From: Clostridia bacterium
GTDB taxonomy: Bacteria; Bacillota; Clostridia; Oscillospirales; Acutalibacteraceae
DNA: 19,215 nt
Direction of reading: 5' to 3'
Assembly: GCA_017439205.1 (NCBI GenBank)
Contig: JAFRSZ010000272.1
Coordinates: forward strand, 1-19,215
Below, piece after piece: positions 5,304 through 14,147 of this stretch (the first letter of the stretch is position 1; each line of letters opens with the position of its first letter). The position numbers were made by a program, and so were the translations under genes. The notes under the pieces were generated by a model. That model did not search any database, was not told the DNA's origin, and saw only the letters and a list, made by a program, of their open reading frames with translations.

Positions 5304-8015
5304 TCATTCAGATAAAACGATCTTTTCGATGCTCTGCAGAAGCATCTGTTCTTTATCGGTGAGCTTTGCCTCGTTTTCTTTCTGCTCGGCGATCACCTTT
5401 TCAGGCGCTTTGGCAAGGAAGCCCTCGTTAGAGAGCTTCGCGCGGATCTGCGCAAGCTTTTTGCGAACGTCTTCAAGTTCTTTGTTCAGACGCTGTTTTT
5501 CCGCGGCGAAATCAATCAGCTGCGCCATCGGGATAAAGATCTTTGCGCCCTCGGTAACAACGCACACCGAGGTATCGGTATCAAACGCGGGGACCGCCTG
5601 CGCGCATACGCCGGAAGCGGACGCAAGACGCATAAAATAGGGTTGGGCTGCGGAGAACAGCGCGGTATTCTCGGTTTCGATATTGAGCTGCGCCTTCTTT
5701 GAGGGCGGCACGTTCATTTCCGCGCGGCGGTTCCGCACGGCCTTCACGGCGGCCATGATCTGCTCCATATCGGCGCACTCCTGCGGGAAGCTCAGTTCCT
5801 CAGTCCACACCGGCCAATCGGAAACCATGATGGAATCGCCGATATGCGGAAGCGACTGCCAGATCTCTTCGGTAATGAACGGCATAAACGGATGAAGGAG
5901 CTTCAGCGTATTGGACATCACGAACGAAAGCACGGCTCTCGCGTTGTGTTTCTGCGTTTCATCAGGGCTATTCAGGCGGATCTTGCAGATCTCGATATAC
6001 CAGTCGCAGAGCACGTCCCAAATGAAATCGTAAAGCTTTGAAACGGCAACGCCGAGTTCATATTTATCGAGGTTGTCGGTCACTTCCTTCACAAGCGTGT
6101 TGTACTTGGTAAGGATCCACTTATCCTCCAGCGCAAGATCCTGCGGCAGGTCAGTACCGATCTCTTCCTCGCCGAGGTTCATCAGGATGAAGCGGGCGGC
6201 GTTCCAGAGCTTATTGGCGAAATTGCGCGAGGCCTCCACCTTTTCATCCGAGAAACGCATATCGTTGCCCGGGGAATTGCCGGTGGCAAGCGTAAAGCGG
6301 AGCGCGTCCGCGCCGTAACGGTCGATGATATCGAGCGGATCGATACCGTTGCCGAGAGATTTCGACATTTTTCTGCCGAGGGCGTCGCGCACAAGGCCGT
6401 GGATCAGCACCGTATCGAAGGGTGCTTTGCCGGTATAGGCAAGGCCGGAGAAGATCATGCGGCTTACCCAGAAACCGATGATATCGTACCCCGTGACCAG
6501 CGTGTTCGTGGGATAATAGTGTTTCAGGTCTTCGGTTTCTTCCGGCCAGCCGAGCGTGGAAAACGGCCAGAGAGCGGAAGAAAACCAGGTATCCAGCGTA
6601 TCGGGATCCTGCGTAAGGGCGGCGGAGCCGCAGTGCGGGCAGCTCGCGGGAGCTTCCTTTGCAACAATGGTCTTGCCGCAATGATCGCAGTACCACGCCG
6701 GGATGCGGTGACCCCACCAGAGCTGACGGGAAATGCACCAGTCGCGCGTGCCCTTCATCCAGTTGATATAATTCTTCGTAAAGCGGTCGGGCACGTAACG
6801 GATCGTACCGTCTTCCACCGCTTTGATGGCGGGCCCGGCAAGCGGTTCCATTTTCACGAACCACTGCTTGGAAACCATCGGCTCGATCTCGGTGTGGCTG
6901 CGGTAGCAGGTGCCCACCTGATGCTTGATCGGCTCGATCGATTTGATATAGCCGCCCGCCTCGAGATCTTCAAGGATCGCCTTGCGCGCTTGCCTTGTGG
7001 TAAGCCCCGCGTATTTGCCGCAGTCCAGCACTTCGGGCTCGCCCTTCGCCGCTCTGCCGGAAGCGATCAGCTCGTCCGCCGCCGCTTTTTCGGCGGCGCC
7101 GGTCAGACGGCCGTCGTAGGTAAAGGTGCGAACGATGGGCAGATCGTGCCGCACGCCAACCTCAAAGTCGTTGGGGTCATGGGCGGGGGTGATCTTCACC
7201 ACGCCGGTGCCCTTTTCCATATCAGCGTGCTCGTCCAGCACGATGGGGATCTCTTTGTTCAGCAGCGGCAGGATCACATGGCAGCCGTGCAGGTGCTTGT
7301 AACGCTCGTCTTCGGGGTTGATGGCCACGGCGGTATCGCCCAGCATGGTCTCGGGGCGGGTGGTGGCAAGCTCGAGCTTTTCGCCGGTCTCTTTTACCGG
7401 ATAGAGCAGATGCCAGAAATTGGAATCCTTTTCTTCATATTCCACCTCGGCGTCGGAGATCGAGGTATTGCAGCGGGGACACCAGTTGACCATGCGGTTG
7501 CCCTGATAGATCAGCCCCTGCTCATACAGGCGCACGAAAACTTCTTTTACCGCGTTGGAGCAGCCCTCGTCCAGCGTGAAGCGCTCACGGTCCCAGTCGC
7601 AGCTGGAGCCGAGCTTTTTGAGCTGTTCGATGATGCGTCCGCCGTATTGCCGTTTCCATTCCCACGCGCGCACAAGAAACGCTTCTCTGCCGATATCGTC
7701 TTTGGTAAGCCCTTCTTTACGCATCGCTTCCACGATCTTGGCTTCCGTGGCGATGGAGGCGTGGTCCGTGCCGGGAACCCAAAGCGTATCGAAGCCCTGC
7801 ATCCGCTTATAACGGATCAGGATATCCTGCAGCGTATTATCCAGCGCATGGCCCATGTGCAGCTGCCCGGTGATGTTGGGCGGCGGGATCACGATGGTAT
7901 AGGTCTTTTTGCCTGCCTCGCGCTTTGCATGAAAGTATTTTTTTTCGAGCCAGAAACGGTAGGTGCGGTCTTCCACCTGTTTCGGATCGTAGATTTTTTC
8001 AAGTTCTTTTCGCAT
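5304..8015 (-). CDS. valS: Valine--tRNA ligase (ValS). The true start is the ATG at 8013-8015 with RBS AGGTGA; the track's 8024 start is an upstream GTG
   Basis: This is a class I aaRS with the HIGH motif (PNITGQLHMGHAL) and the KMSKS motif (KMSKSLGN). It has a C-terminal coiled coil typical of ValRS. The protein is ~900 aa. Confidence 0.92.
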   Translation of the reverse strand: MRKELEKIYDPKQVEDRTYRFWLEKKYFHAKREAGKKTYTIVIPPPNITGQLHMGHALDNTLQDILIRYKRMQGFDTLWVPGTDHASIATEAKIVEAMRKEGLTKDDIGREAFLVRAWEWKRQYGGRIIEQLKKLGSSCDWDRERFTLDEGCSNAVKEVFVRLYEQGLIYQGNRMVNWCPRCNTSISDAEVEYEEKDSNFWHLLYPVKETGEKLELATTRPETMLGDTAVAINPEDERYKHLHGCHVILPLLNKEIPIVLDEHADMEKGTGVVKITPAHDPNDFEVGVRHDLPIVRTFTYDGRLTGAAEKAAADELIASGRAAKGEPEVLDCGKYAGLTTRQARKAILEDLEAGGYIKSIEPIKHQVGTCYRSHTEIEPMVSKQWFVKMEPLAGPAIKAVEDGTIRYVPDRFTKNYINWMKGTRDWCISRQLWWGHRIPAWYCDHCGKTIVAKEAPASCPHCGSAALTQDPDTLDTWFSSALWPFSTLGWPEETEDLKHYYPTNTLVTGYDIIGFWVSRMIFSGLAYTGKAPFDTVLIHGLVRDALGRKMSKSLGNGIDPLDIIDRYGADALRFTLATGNSPGNDMRFSDEKVEASRNFANKLWNAARFILMNLGEEEIGTDLPQDLALEDKWILTKYNTLVKEVTDNLDKYELGVAVSKLYDFIWDVLCDWYIEICKIRLNSPDETQKHNARAVLSFVMSNTLKLLHPFMPFITEEIWQSLPHIGDSIMVSDWPVWTEELSFPQECADMEQIMAAVKAVRNRRAEMNVPPSKKAQLNIETENTALFSAAQPYFMRLASASGVCAQAVPAFDTDTSVCVVTEGAKIFIPMAQLIDFAAEKQRLNKELEDVRKKLAQIRAKLSNEGFLAKAPEKVIAEQKENEAKLTDKEQMLLQSIEKIVLSE

Positions 8016-8056
8016 AGATATCACCTTTAATGCTGAAAATGATCAATATTTAATTT

Positions 8057-8085
8057 ATTATATCAATATTAAAAGAAAAAGTAAA
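8057..8085 (-). promoter_or_regulatory. Putative promoter for valS: TTTACT-17-TATAAT
   Basis: On the minus strand the -10 TATAAT lies at 8057-8062 and a weak -35 at 8080-8085. The valS upstream region is only 74 nt, so there is no room for a T-box leader. Confidence 0.3.
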
Positions 8086-8089
8086 GCAT

Positions 8090-10294
8090 TTATTCTGTCA
8101 AAAATGATTTTAATGCGGAATATCTTCGTTTGGTCTTGTTATTTTCCGTCATTCTGCGTACGCGCTGCTCATCGCCCACGATGATCAGCATCTTTTTTGC
8201 CCTTGTAACGGCGGTGTACAGCAGGTTCCGATACATCATGACCGGAGGGCAGTCGATCAGCGGCAGGATCACCACCGGGTATTCGCTGCCCTGGCTCTTA
8301 TGTACGGTAACGGCATAGGCAAGCTCGAGATCGGAGAGCATGTCGGACGGATATTCCGCCACGCGGTCGTCAAACAGGATATACATAACGTCCGTTACGA
8401 AATTGATTTTCTGTATGATGCCGATGTCGCCGTTAAAGATGCCGTCGCCCTCTTCGAGGTCCTTCTTCCAGTGGATATTGTAATTATTGCGCAGCTGCAT
8501 CACCCGGTCGCCCTCGCGGAAAACTCTGCCGGACGGCGTTTTCAGTTCGCTTTTGGAACGGTCCGGCGGGTTGAGCACCTGCTGCAGACGTTTATTGGTG
8601 TTCCCTGTGCCGCACTCCCCTCTTTTCGCAGGGCAAAGCACCTGGATATCGGCGATCGGATCGAACCCGTACGCTTCGGGGAGCCTTTGTGAGATCAGTT
8701 CGGTCACCGTTTTGCCGGTCAGAAACTGATTCGCCCGTTTCATAAAGAAGAAATCGTTATCGGTCCTGCCGAGCTCCGGCATCTCGCCGTGGATGATCTT
8801 ATGCGCGTTTGATACGATCAGGCTCTTCTGCGCCTGACGGAAGATCTCGTTCAGGCATACCACCGGCAGAACGCCGGAGCCGATCACGTCGCTGAGTACG
8901 TTGCCCGGGCCCACGCTCGGCAGCTGATCCGCATCTCCCACCAGAATGATGCGGCAACCGATGGGTACGGCGTCAAGCAGGCTCGCCATCAGCTCCACGT
9001 CCACCATGGAAACTTCGTCGATGATGATCGCGCCGGCCTGCAGCGGATTCTGCGCGTCGCGCCGGAACACAGGCTTGTCTTCATCGGTCCATTCCACCTC
9101 AAGCAGGCGGTGGATCGTTTTTGCCTCGCGCCCGGTCACTTCCGCCATGCGTTTGGCTGCCATGCCCGTGGGAGCGCACAGAAGGATATCGATATGCCTG
9201 CGTTCAAGGATTTCAATGATGCCGCGCACCGTGGTCGTTTTGCCGGTGCCCGGCCCGCCGGTAAGGATCAGAAGCCCCTTCTGCGAAGCGATGCGTATGG
9301 CCTCTTTCTGCTTCTCGGCATATTGTATGCCGTTTTGCTCTTCCAGCTCACAGACGTCCTTTTTGATATCCTTGTTCGAGGAGGGGGTGAACTTCACGGC
9401 GCGTTTCAGCCGCTCGGCGATCCGGCGCTCCGCCTCATAGATATCGGGAAGAAACAGATATTCTTCATCCTGCAGCGTTACCCGGTACAGACGTTTCAGC
9501 TCCGCAAGAAGCGCTACGGCGTCAAGCGCTTCCTCTTCGCCGATCTCCAGATAATCGCACGCAAGCGGGATGATCTTATTGGAAGGGATGCAGGTATGGC
9601 CGTTCTGATAGAGATTGTACGTTACGATATATAAGATCCCCGCCGTGTTGCGGAAGGTGCTGTCCGGCGTAAGATCCATATCCGTTCTCAGTTTTTCAAC
9701 ACGCTCAAAATTGAACCCGCGCACCGTACCGCACAGAACATACGGATTCTTGCGGATCACCTCAAGCGCGGTCACGCCGAAATATTTATAGATATTGGTC
9801 GATTCCGTTGGGGTGATGCCGTAGGATTCCAGCTCCAGCATGATCTTGCGCATGGCGTACTGGCGGTTGAATTCATTTGAGATATCCACGGCCTTCTTTT
9901 TGGAAATGCCGTTGATCACAGCAAGGCGGTCCGGCTCGTTTTCAAGCACCTCGAAAGCGCGGTCGCCGAATTCCCGGATGATCTTCGCTGCCAGCTTCGG
10001 CCCGACGCCTTTGATCGCGCCTGACGCAAGATAACGGAACAGCTTCGCCGCGGTATCCGGCAGCGTGCGGGAACAGGACGAAAAACGAAACTGCCGTCCG
10101 AAGGTTGCATGCGAATCCCATTTACCGTGCAGTTCCACCTCTTCGCCGGCGGCGACTTCGGAGATCATCCCCACCGCGGTGAGAATGTTTCCCTCGCTGT
10201 TGATCTCAATCACCGTAAAGCCGTTGGTCTGGTTCTGAAAGACCACCGATTCCACGACGCCTCTTACGGTCTCTTCATATTCGGGCGTACTCAA
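8090..10294 (-). CDS. recD2: ATP-dependent RecD-like DNA helicase (RecD2/YrrC family, SF1B)
   Basis: The N-terminal OB/HhH region is VVESVVFQNQTNGFTVIEI..GKWDSHATFGRQFRF..RYLASGAIKGVGPKLAAKI. The Walker A is LTGGPGTGKTT. It has the full SF1B motif set and is 734 aa. It starts at a TTG with GGAGG 11 nt upstream. That start overlaps the stop of the upstream gene as TTGA. Confidence 0.85.
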   Translation of the reverse strand: MSTPEYEETVRGVVESVVFQNQTNGFTVIEINSEGNILTAVGMISEVAAGEEVELHGKWDSHATFGRQFRFSSCSRTLPDTAAKLFRYLASGAIKGVGPKLAAKIIREFGDRAFEVLENEPDRLAVINGISKKKAVDISNEFNRQYAMRKIMLELESYGITPTESTNIYKYFGVTALEVIRKNPYVLCGTVRGFNFERVEKLRTDMDLTPDSTFRNTAGILYIVTYNLYQNGHTCIPSNKIIPLACDYLEIGEEEALDAVALLAELKRLYRVTLQDEEYLFLPDIYEAERRIAERLKRAVKFTPSSNKDIKKDVCELEEQNGIQYAEKQKEAIRIASQKGLLILTGGPGTGKTTTVRGIIEILERRHIDILLCAPTGMAAKRMAEVTGREAKTIHRLLEVEWTDEDKPVFRRDAQNPLQAGAIIIDEVSMVDVELMASLLDAVPIGCRIILVGDADQLPSVGPGNVLSDVIGSGVLPVVCLNEIFRQAQKSLIVSNAHKIIHGEMPELGRTDNDFFFMKRANQFLTGKTVTELISQRLPEAYGFDPIADIQVLCPAKRGECGTGNTNKRLQQVLNPPDRSKSELKTPSGRVFREGDRVMQLRNNYNIHWKKDLEEGDGIFNGDIGIIQKINFVTDVMYILFDDRVAEYPSDMLSDLELAYAVTVHKSQGSEYPVVILPLIDCPPVMMYRNLLYTAVTRAKKMLIIVGDEQRVRRMTENNKTKRRYSALKSFLTE

Positions 10295-11346
10295 AGCTCT
10301 TCATCCTCCGCCTCGTCCTCCGGCGAAATGTATACGTAACCGTTGTTTTCAAGGCTCTTTCTGTTCTGCAGCAGCCGCCCGAGCCCCAGCGCGGCGCACT
10401 GCCCCGGGCGATCGGCTTTTACGGTACGGATGCCGGTGTTCCATTCGATGAACCGGTCGATCCCGAACAGATTGGCGCTGCCGCCGCTCAGGATGATACC
10501 GGTATCGGCGATATCCGAAATCAGCTCCGGCGGCGTGATCTCAAGCACGCTGCGTATACAGCCGAGGATATCCTCCATATATGACTTCAGGATCCAGTAG
10601 ATCTCCGTGGAAGTGATCTCAAACAGGACCGGCATGCCGGTGTCGCAGTTCTTGCCGCCTGCGATCACGCCGATCTCTTCGTTGCGGTAAACGGCGGTGC
10701 CCACGGTCTTCTTGATTTTATCGGCGGTATCGCCGCCGACTTCGATATTATGTTCGCGAAAGATATATTCGCTGATGCGGTTTGAAAGCTGGTTGCCGCC
10801 GACGCGTACGCTTTTTGATACGGCGATGTTGCCCATGGTCACCACGGCGCAGTCGGTGGTTTCACCGCCGATATCGCAGATGAACGTACCGCGCGGTTCC
10901 GTGAGACTCACGCCGGAACCGACGGCTGCCGCAAGCGCTTCTTCGATAAAGCACGCTCTTCCCGCGCCGGCCTCGGTTACGAGATCGAGCAGCGTTTTCT
11001 TTTCAAGCTCCGATACGTTGCTGGGAACGCCCATCAGCACCGTCGGTTTCAGAAGCCGCCCGGCGCAGACCTTATCCAGATAACGCTTCAGCATGATCTT
11101 CGCTATGGGATAATTATTGATGATGCCGCCGCGGATCGGGTAAATGCAGACCATGGATGCGGGCAGCTTTTCAAGCATGCTTTTCGCCGCGTTGCCCATT
11201 GCGATGGGCCGCATGGAATACTTATCGCATATTACGGCGGATAACTCGCTCAGCACGATCCCCCTGCCCTGTGCGTATACGGTGAGGGTGGTGGAACCGA
11301 AGTCAAGGCCGAGTTTCATTCCGGGCATAGATTCACCCCATTTCAT
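10291..11346 (-). CDS. mreB: MreB/Mbl-family actin-like protein. The start is ambiguous: the track gives the ATG at 11346, but the internal ATG at 11326-11328 (MPGMKLGLDFGS) follows a GGGGTGA RBS and a TATAAT box
   Basis: It has the phosphate-1 motif GLDFGSTTLTVY, the connect and adenosine motifs DIGGETTD and GIILSGGSANLFGID, and an acidic C-terminal tail. Its stop overlaps the recD2 TTG start (TTGA). Confidence 0.8.
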   Translation of the reverse strand: MKWGESMPGMKLGLDFGSTTLTVYAQGRGIVLSELSAVICDKYSMRPIAMGNAAKSMLEKLPASMVCIYPIRGGIINNYPIAKIMLKRYLDKVCAGRLLKPTVLMGVPSNVSELEKKTLLDLVTEAGAGRACFIEEALAAAVGSGVSLTEPRGTFICDIGGETTDCAVVTMGNIAVSKSVRVGGNQLSNRISEYIFREHNIEVGGDTADKIKKTVGTAVYRNEEIGVIAGGKNCDTGMPVLFEITSTEIYWILKSYMEDILGCIRSVLEITPPELISDIADTGIILSGGSANLFGIDRFIEWNTGIRTVKADRPGQCAALGLGRLLQNRKSLENNGYVYISPEDEAEDEEL

Positions 11347-11534
11347 TTTATTATATTAACACACGCGCACGCCCGCATGCAAGCGTAAGAATACATTTTC
11401 TTTAAAAAATAAACAAATTACTTCTTTTTGGTTTGTATAAAACATAAAAATATAAGATATGCGGAAAAAACGGTTCCATTTTTCGGTTTGATATGATAGT
11501 ATAAATATAATATTTGAATAAGGGAGCTATGGTA

Positions 11535-12473
11535 ATGGATTACACGCACAATACTTTTTCTTTCCCCTCGCATACCGGCAATACCGATATCTTTGTGCAG
11601 AGCCTTTCCCCTGCAAATCCCGCGGATATCGTCGGCATCATCCAGATCGTTCACGGCATGGCCGAGCATACCGACAGATATCTTGACGTCGCGAAGTATC
11701 TTTGCGGCAGAGGTTTTTATGTGATCATGCACGATCACGCTGGTCACGGCAGATCCGTAAAGAGCGACGAGGACGACGGCTACTTCTGCGATAAGGACGG
11801 CTGGCTCTGCCTTGTGGACGACGTTTACGAGGTATCGAAGCTTGCGAAGAAGGAAGTGCCCGGCAAGAAGCTGATCATCTGGGGCCATTCCATGGGTTCC
11901 TTCATTACGCGCAAGTATATCGCAAAATATAAGAACAGCGCCGACGCGGCTGTGATCTGCGGCACCTCGGGCGCGAATCCCGGCGCCGCCGTAGGCATCC
12001 TGCTCGCGAACATCATCGCCTCGGTGAAGGGCAAAAAGTATAAATCCAAGCTCATCAACAATATCGCGTTCGGCACGTACAACAAACGCTTCAACGGCAA
12101 CACCGGCTTTGAATGGCTCTCCGTAAACGAAGACAACGTTACGAAATACGTGGCGGATCCCAAGTGCGGTTTCCTGTTTTCCGCTACCGGTTACAGAGAT
12201 CTTTTCAGCGTGCTGAAATCCGTTTCCTCCCCCGAATGGTACAAGGAGGTGCCCGCCGACCTGCCGATGTACCTGATCTCCGGCGAAGACGACCCCGTAG
12301 GCGCTTACGGCAAAGGCGTGACCGAAGTATACGACAAGCTGAAGGCCAGCGGCCATACCAACGTTACGATGAAACTCTACAAGGGCCTGCGGCATGAGAT
12401 CCACAATGAAAAAACGAATGCCGAGGTTTATGCGGACATCGCCGACTTTGCCTTATCCGTGATCGAAAAATAA
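11535..12473 (+). CDS. Alpha/beta hydrolase (lysophospholipase/monoacylglycerol-lipase-like); the only plus-strand gene in the window
   Basis: The nucleophile elbow is GHSMGS (GxSxG). A HGxxxH-type motif, HDHAGHGRS, follows a beta strand. The RBS AAGGGAG lies 8 nt upstream of the ATG at 11535. It is 312 aa. Confidence 0.75.
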   Translation: MDYTHNTFSFPSHTGNTDIFVQSLSPANPADIVGIIQIVHGMAEHTDRYLDVAKYLCGRGFYVIMHDHAGHGRSVKSDEDDGYFCDKDGWLCLVDDVYEVSKLAKKEVPGKKLIIWGHSMGSFITRKYIAKYKNSADAAVICGTSGANPGAAVGILLANIIASVKGKKYKSKLINNIAFGTYNKRFNGNTGFEWLSVNEDNVTKYVADPKCGFLFSATGYRDLFSVLKSVSSPEWYKEVPADLPMYLISGEDDPVGAYGKGVTEVYDKLKASGHTNVTMKLYKGLRHEIHNEKTNAEVYADIADFALSVIEK

Positions 12474-12486
12474 CCGTATTATTCCG

Positions 12487-12516
12487 CCGCAGCGTTCCGC
12501 GCTGCGGTTTTGTTTT
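12487..12516 (+). terminator. Intrinsic terminator for the hydrolase gene: CCGCAGCG-ttccg-CGCTGCGG followed by TTTTGTTTT
   Basis: An 8-bp GC stem lies 14 nt after the TAA stop and is followed by a T-rich run. Confidence 0.7.
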
Positions 12517-12520
12517 ATAC

Positions 12521-12566
12521 TCTCAAAAGAACAAACCTGCGTCCGCAGAAATCCGGGCGCAGGTTT
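12521..12566 (-). terminator. Intrinsic terminator for the SH3b membrane protein gene: AAACCTGCG...CGCAGGTTT stem followed on the minus strand by TTGTTCTTTT
   Basis: A 9-bp stem spans 12533-12541/12558-12566 with a structured loop. A T-rich tract follows on the minus strand. It lies 23 nt downstream of the TGA at 12589. Confidence 0.5.
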
Positions 12567-12588
12567 CGTATAGTATCTTTGTATACCG

Positions 12589-13434
12589 TCAGTCGGATAC
12601 TTTTTCGAGGTAAGCCATGGAAACGTAAAGCGTTTCGCCGTCGTATTCGATCTTGCCCCAATAGCGGTAATCCGGATCGCTCGACTTGCTTTCGACCACT
12701 TCGAGGATGTTCAGGATCTCGCCGTCGCCTACAGCGTCGTAAGCTTCGCTTTCCTTGTTGGGTTCATATCGCATCGAAAGCCCCCAGCCTCCCGTTTCAA
12801 CCGAATATCTGCCGGGCTTATACTCGGTGTTGGCGGCCGCTTCGGAGGTATCGCCGTTTGCGGTGACATCATCGCCGCCGGCGCCGGTGGTATTTTCGGG
12901 CGCGGCGGAAGCATCCTTCTTCAGATACTTCATAGCGACCCAGCCGGTCTCGCCGCTGTACGAACACTTGCCCCAGTATTCGATCTCGCCTTTGCCGACG
13001 GAAGCGTTTTCATCGTGGAAGATCTCGGTTACGGTAACGGACGTTTTGTTCGGGATCTTCGTTAAAGGCTCGCTGTTGATGGAATGGTTCTTTCGCATAT
13101 TCAGCGCAGATCCGTCGGTATCAACGATATAAGCGCCGGACTGATAAAGCGAAGACTGGGTCGTGGATTCGGGTTCCGTAGTGGAGGAAGCGGCATCCTG
13201 CGAGGCGGAAACGCTTTCGATCTCTTTTTCAACGTTCTTTACAGCGGAACGGTTGCCGAACAGCGCGCCGAAAACGATCGCAAGAAAAAGCAGGAACGCG
13301 AAAATGCAAAGCAGGAGCAGCTGCGCGCGCTGCTTTTCTCTCTTCTTCGATTTGCGGTAGGCGGAAGAATTTGTGCGGGACGCCGTGTTTGCGCGGGGCG
13401 CACCGGTATTAGAGCGGGTGTTGTTTTCATCCAT
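12589..13434 (-). CDS. Membrane-anchored protein with two bacterial SH3 (SH3b/SH3_3) domains
   Basis: The N-terminus is basic, followed by the TM helix LLLLCIFAFLLFLAIVFGALF. An S/T-rich linker follows. Two SH3b-like repeats are present: ALNMRKNHSINSEPLTKIPNKTSVTVTEI...GWVAMKYL and GLSMRYEPNKESEAYDAVGDGEILNILEVV...ETLYVSMAYL. The RBS GAGGA lies 10 nt upstream of the ATG. Confidence 0.7.
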   Translation of the reverse strand: MDENNTRSNTGAPRANTASRTNSSAYRKSKKREKQRAQLLLLCIFAFLLFLAIVFGALFGNRSAVKNVEKEIESVSASQDAASSTTEPESTTQSSLYQSGAYIVDTDGSALNMRKNHSINSEPLTKIPNKTSVTVTEIFHDENASVGKGEIEYWGKCSYSGETGWVAMKYLKKDASAAPENTTGAGGDDVTANGDTSEAAANTEYKPGRYSVETGGWGLSMRYEPNKESEAYDAVGDGEILNILEVVESKSSDPDYRYWGKIEYDGETLYVSMAYLEKVSD

Positions 13435-13457
13435 AATCTTACGATCCTCTCATGCAT

Positions 13458-14069
13458 TTATAATACGCAGGTATATTCCACAGCGATGCCGATGATATCG
13501 ATATCGGCTTCGTTGGCGTCAACATAAACGGGGGCGGTTTGCGGGAATGCGCCGTAAAACACCATACCGCCGTCACAGAAAGAAATCTTGCGCAGAAGCA
13601 CCTGCCCGCGGTAACGGAACAGCACGTACTGCCCTTCAAGGCAGGAATCCTGCAGACGGATCAGGAACAGCGCCCCCTGCGGCGCGGCAGGCGAAAGAGA
13701 GCCGTTATCGTCCTGCAGCATGATATACGCAAAGCCGGTTTCAAGATACTCAGGCAATATGCTTTTATAAAACAGCGGCTCATTCTCACCGTCGCCGTAC
13801 TGTGAAAGCCTGAACACCGGGATATTGGTACGCACCGCTCCTTCTTTGCCGAGTATAGCGTCTCTGCACATCAGGTAATCAAGGCTGCAGTCAAAAATCG
13901 AACTGAGTTCAACAAGCGTGTTGATATCCGGCTCGTTGGACCCGAGCTCCCACATCCTGACGGCGCTGCCGCTTTTTGCGAGCCTGTCCGCCAGTTCGTT
14001 TTGCGTCATGCCGGCATTCTTTCGCAGATTCTTTAAGCGAAAGCCGAAGCCGTTTTTTTCTTTTTTCAT
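13458..14069 (-). CDS. XRE-family HTH transcriptional regulator with a C-terminal S24 (LexA/CI-like) peptidase domain
   Basis: The HTH is LRKNAGMTQNELADRLAKSGSAVRMWELGSNEPDINTLVELSSIF. The S24-like domain has a Ser in NGSLSP and a Lys in VLLRKI, spaced as in the LexA/CI autocleavage dyad. Confidence 0.75.
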   Translation of the reverse strand: MKKEKNGFGFRLKNLRKNAGMTQNELADRLAKSGSAVRMWELGSNEPDINTLVELSSIFDCSLDYLMCRDAILGKEGAVRTNIPVFRLSQYGDGENEPLFYKSILPEYLETGFAYIMLQDDNGSLSPAAPQGALFLIRLQDSCLEGQYVLFRYRGQVLLRKISFCDGGMVFYGAFPQTAPVYVDANEADIDIIGIAVEYTCVL

Positions 14070-14093
14070 CGGCTCACCTACCTATTATGTAAT

Positions 14094-14122
14094 ATTATAC
14101 ACAACTTTTCTGCGTTTTGCAA
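14094..14122 (-). promoter_or_regulatory. Consensus sigma-A promoter for the XRE/S24 regulator: TTGCAA-17-TATAAT
   Basis: On the minus strand the -35 lies at 14117-14122 and the -10 at 14094-14099, with an exact 17-nt spacer. The -10 is 24 nt upstream of the ATG (14069). A near-palindrome TGTAATATTATACA (14087-14100) overlaps the -10 and could be an operator. Confidence 0.6.
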
Positions 14123-14147
14123 GGGTACAATGCAAGAAATTTTGACA

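Noticed and set aside
6399-8030. 543-aa plus-strand ORF
   Set aside because: It is antisense to valS. Its composition is Arg/Gly/Ala-rich, typical of spurious GC-rich frames.
8016-8300. T-box riboswitch upstream of valS
   Set aside because: The intergenic region is only 74 nt. No specifier or T-box consensus (AATTAGGGTGGNACCGCG) is present.
11418-12404. 328-aa minus-strand ORF
   Set aside because: It is antisense to the well-supported alpha/beta hydrolase gene (GHSMGS motif, good RBS).
12510-13527. Plus-strand ORFs 12510-12866, 12755-13132 and 13084-13527
   Set aside because: They overlap, antisense, the SH3b membrane protein gene, which has an RBS, a TM helix and two recognisable SH3b repeats.
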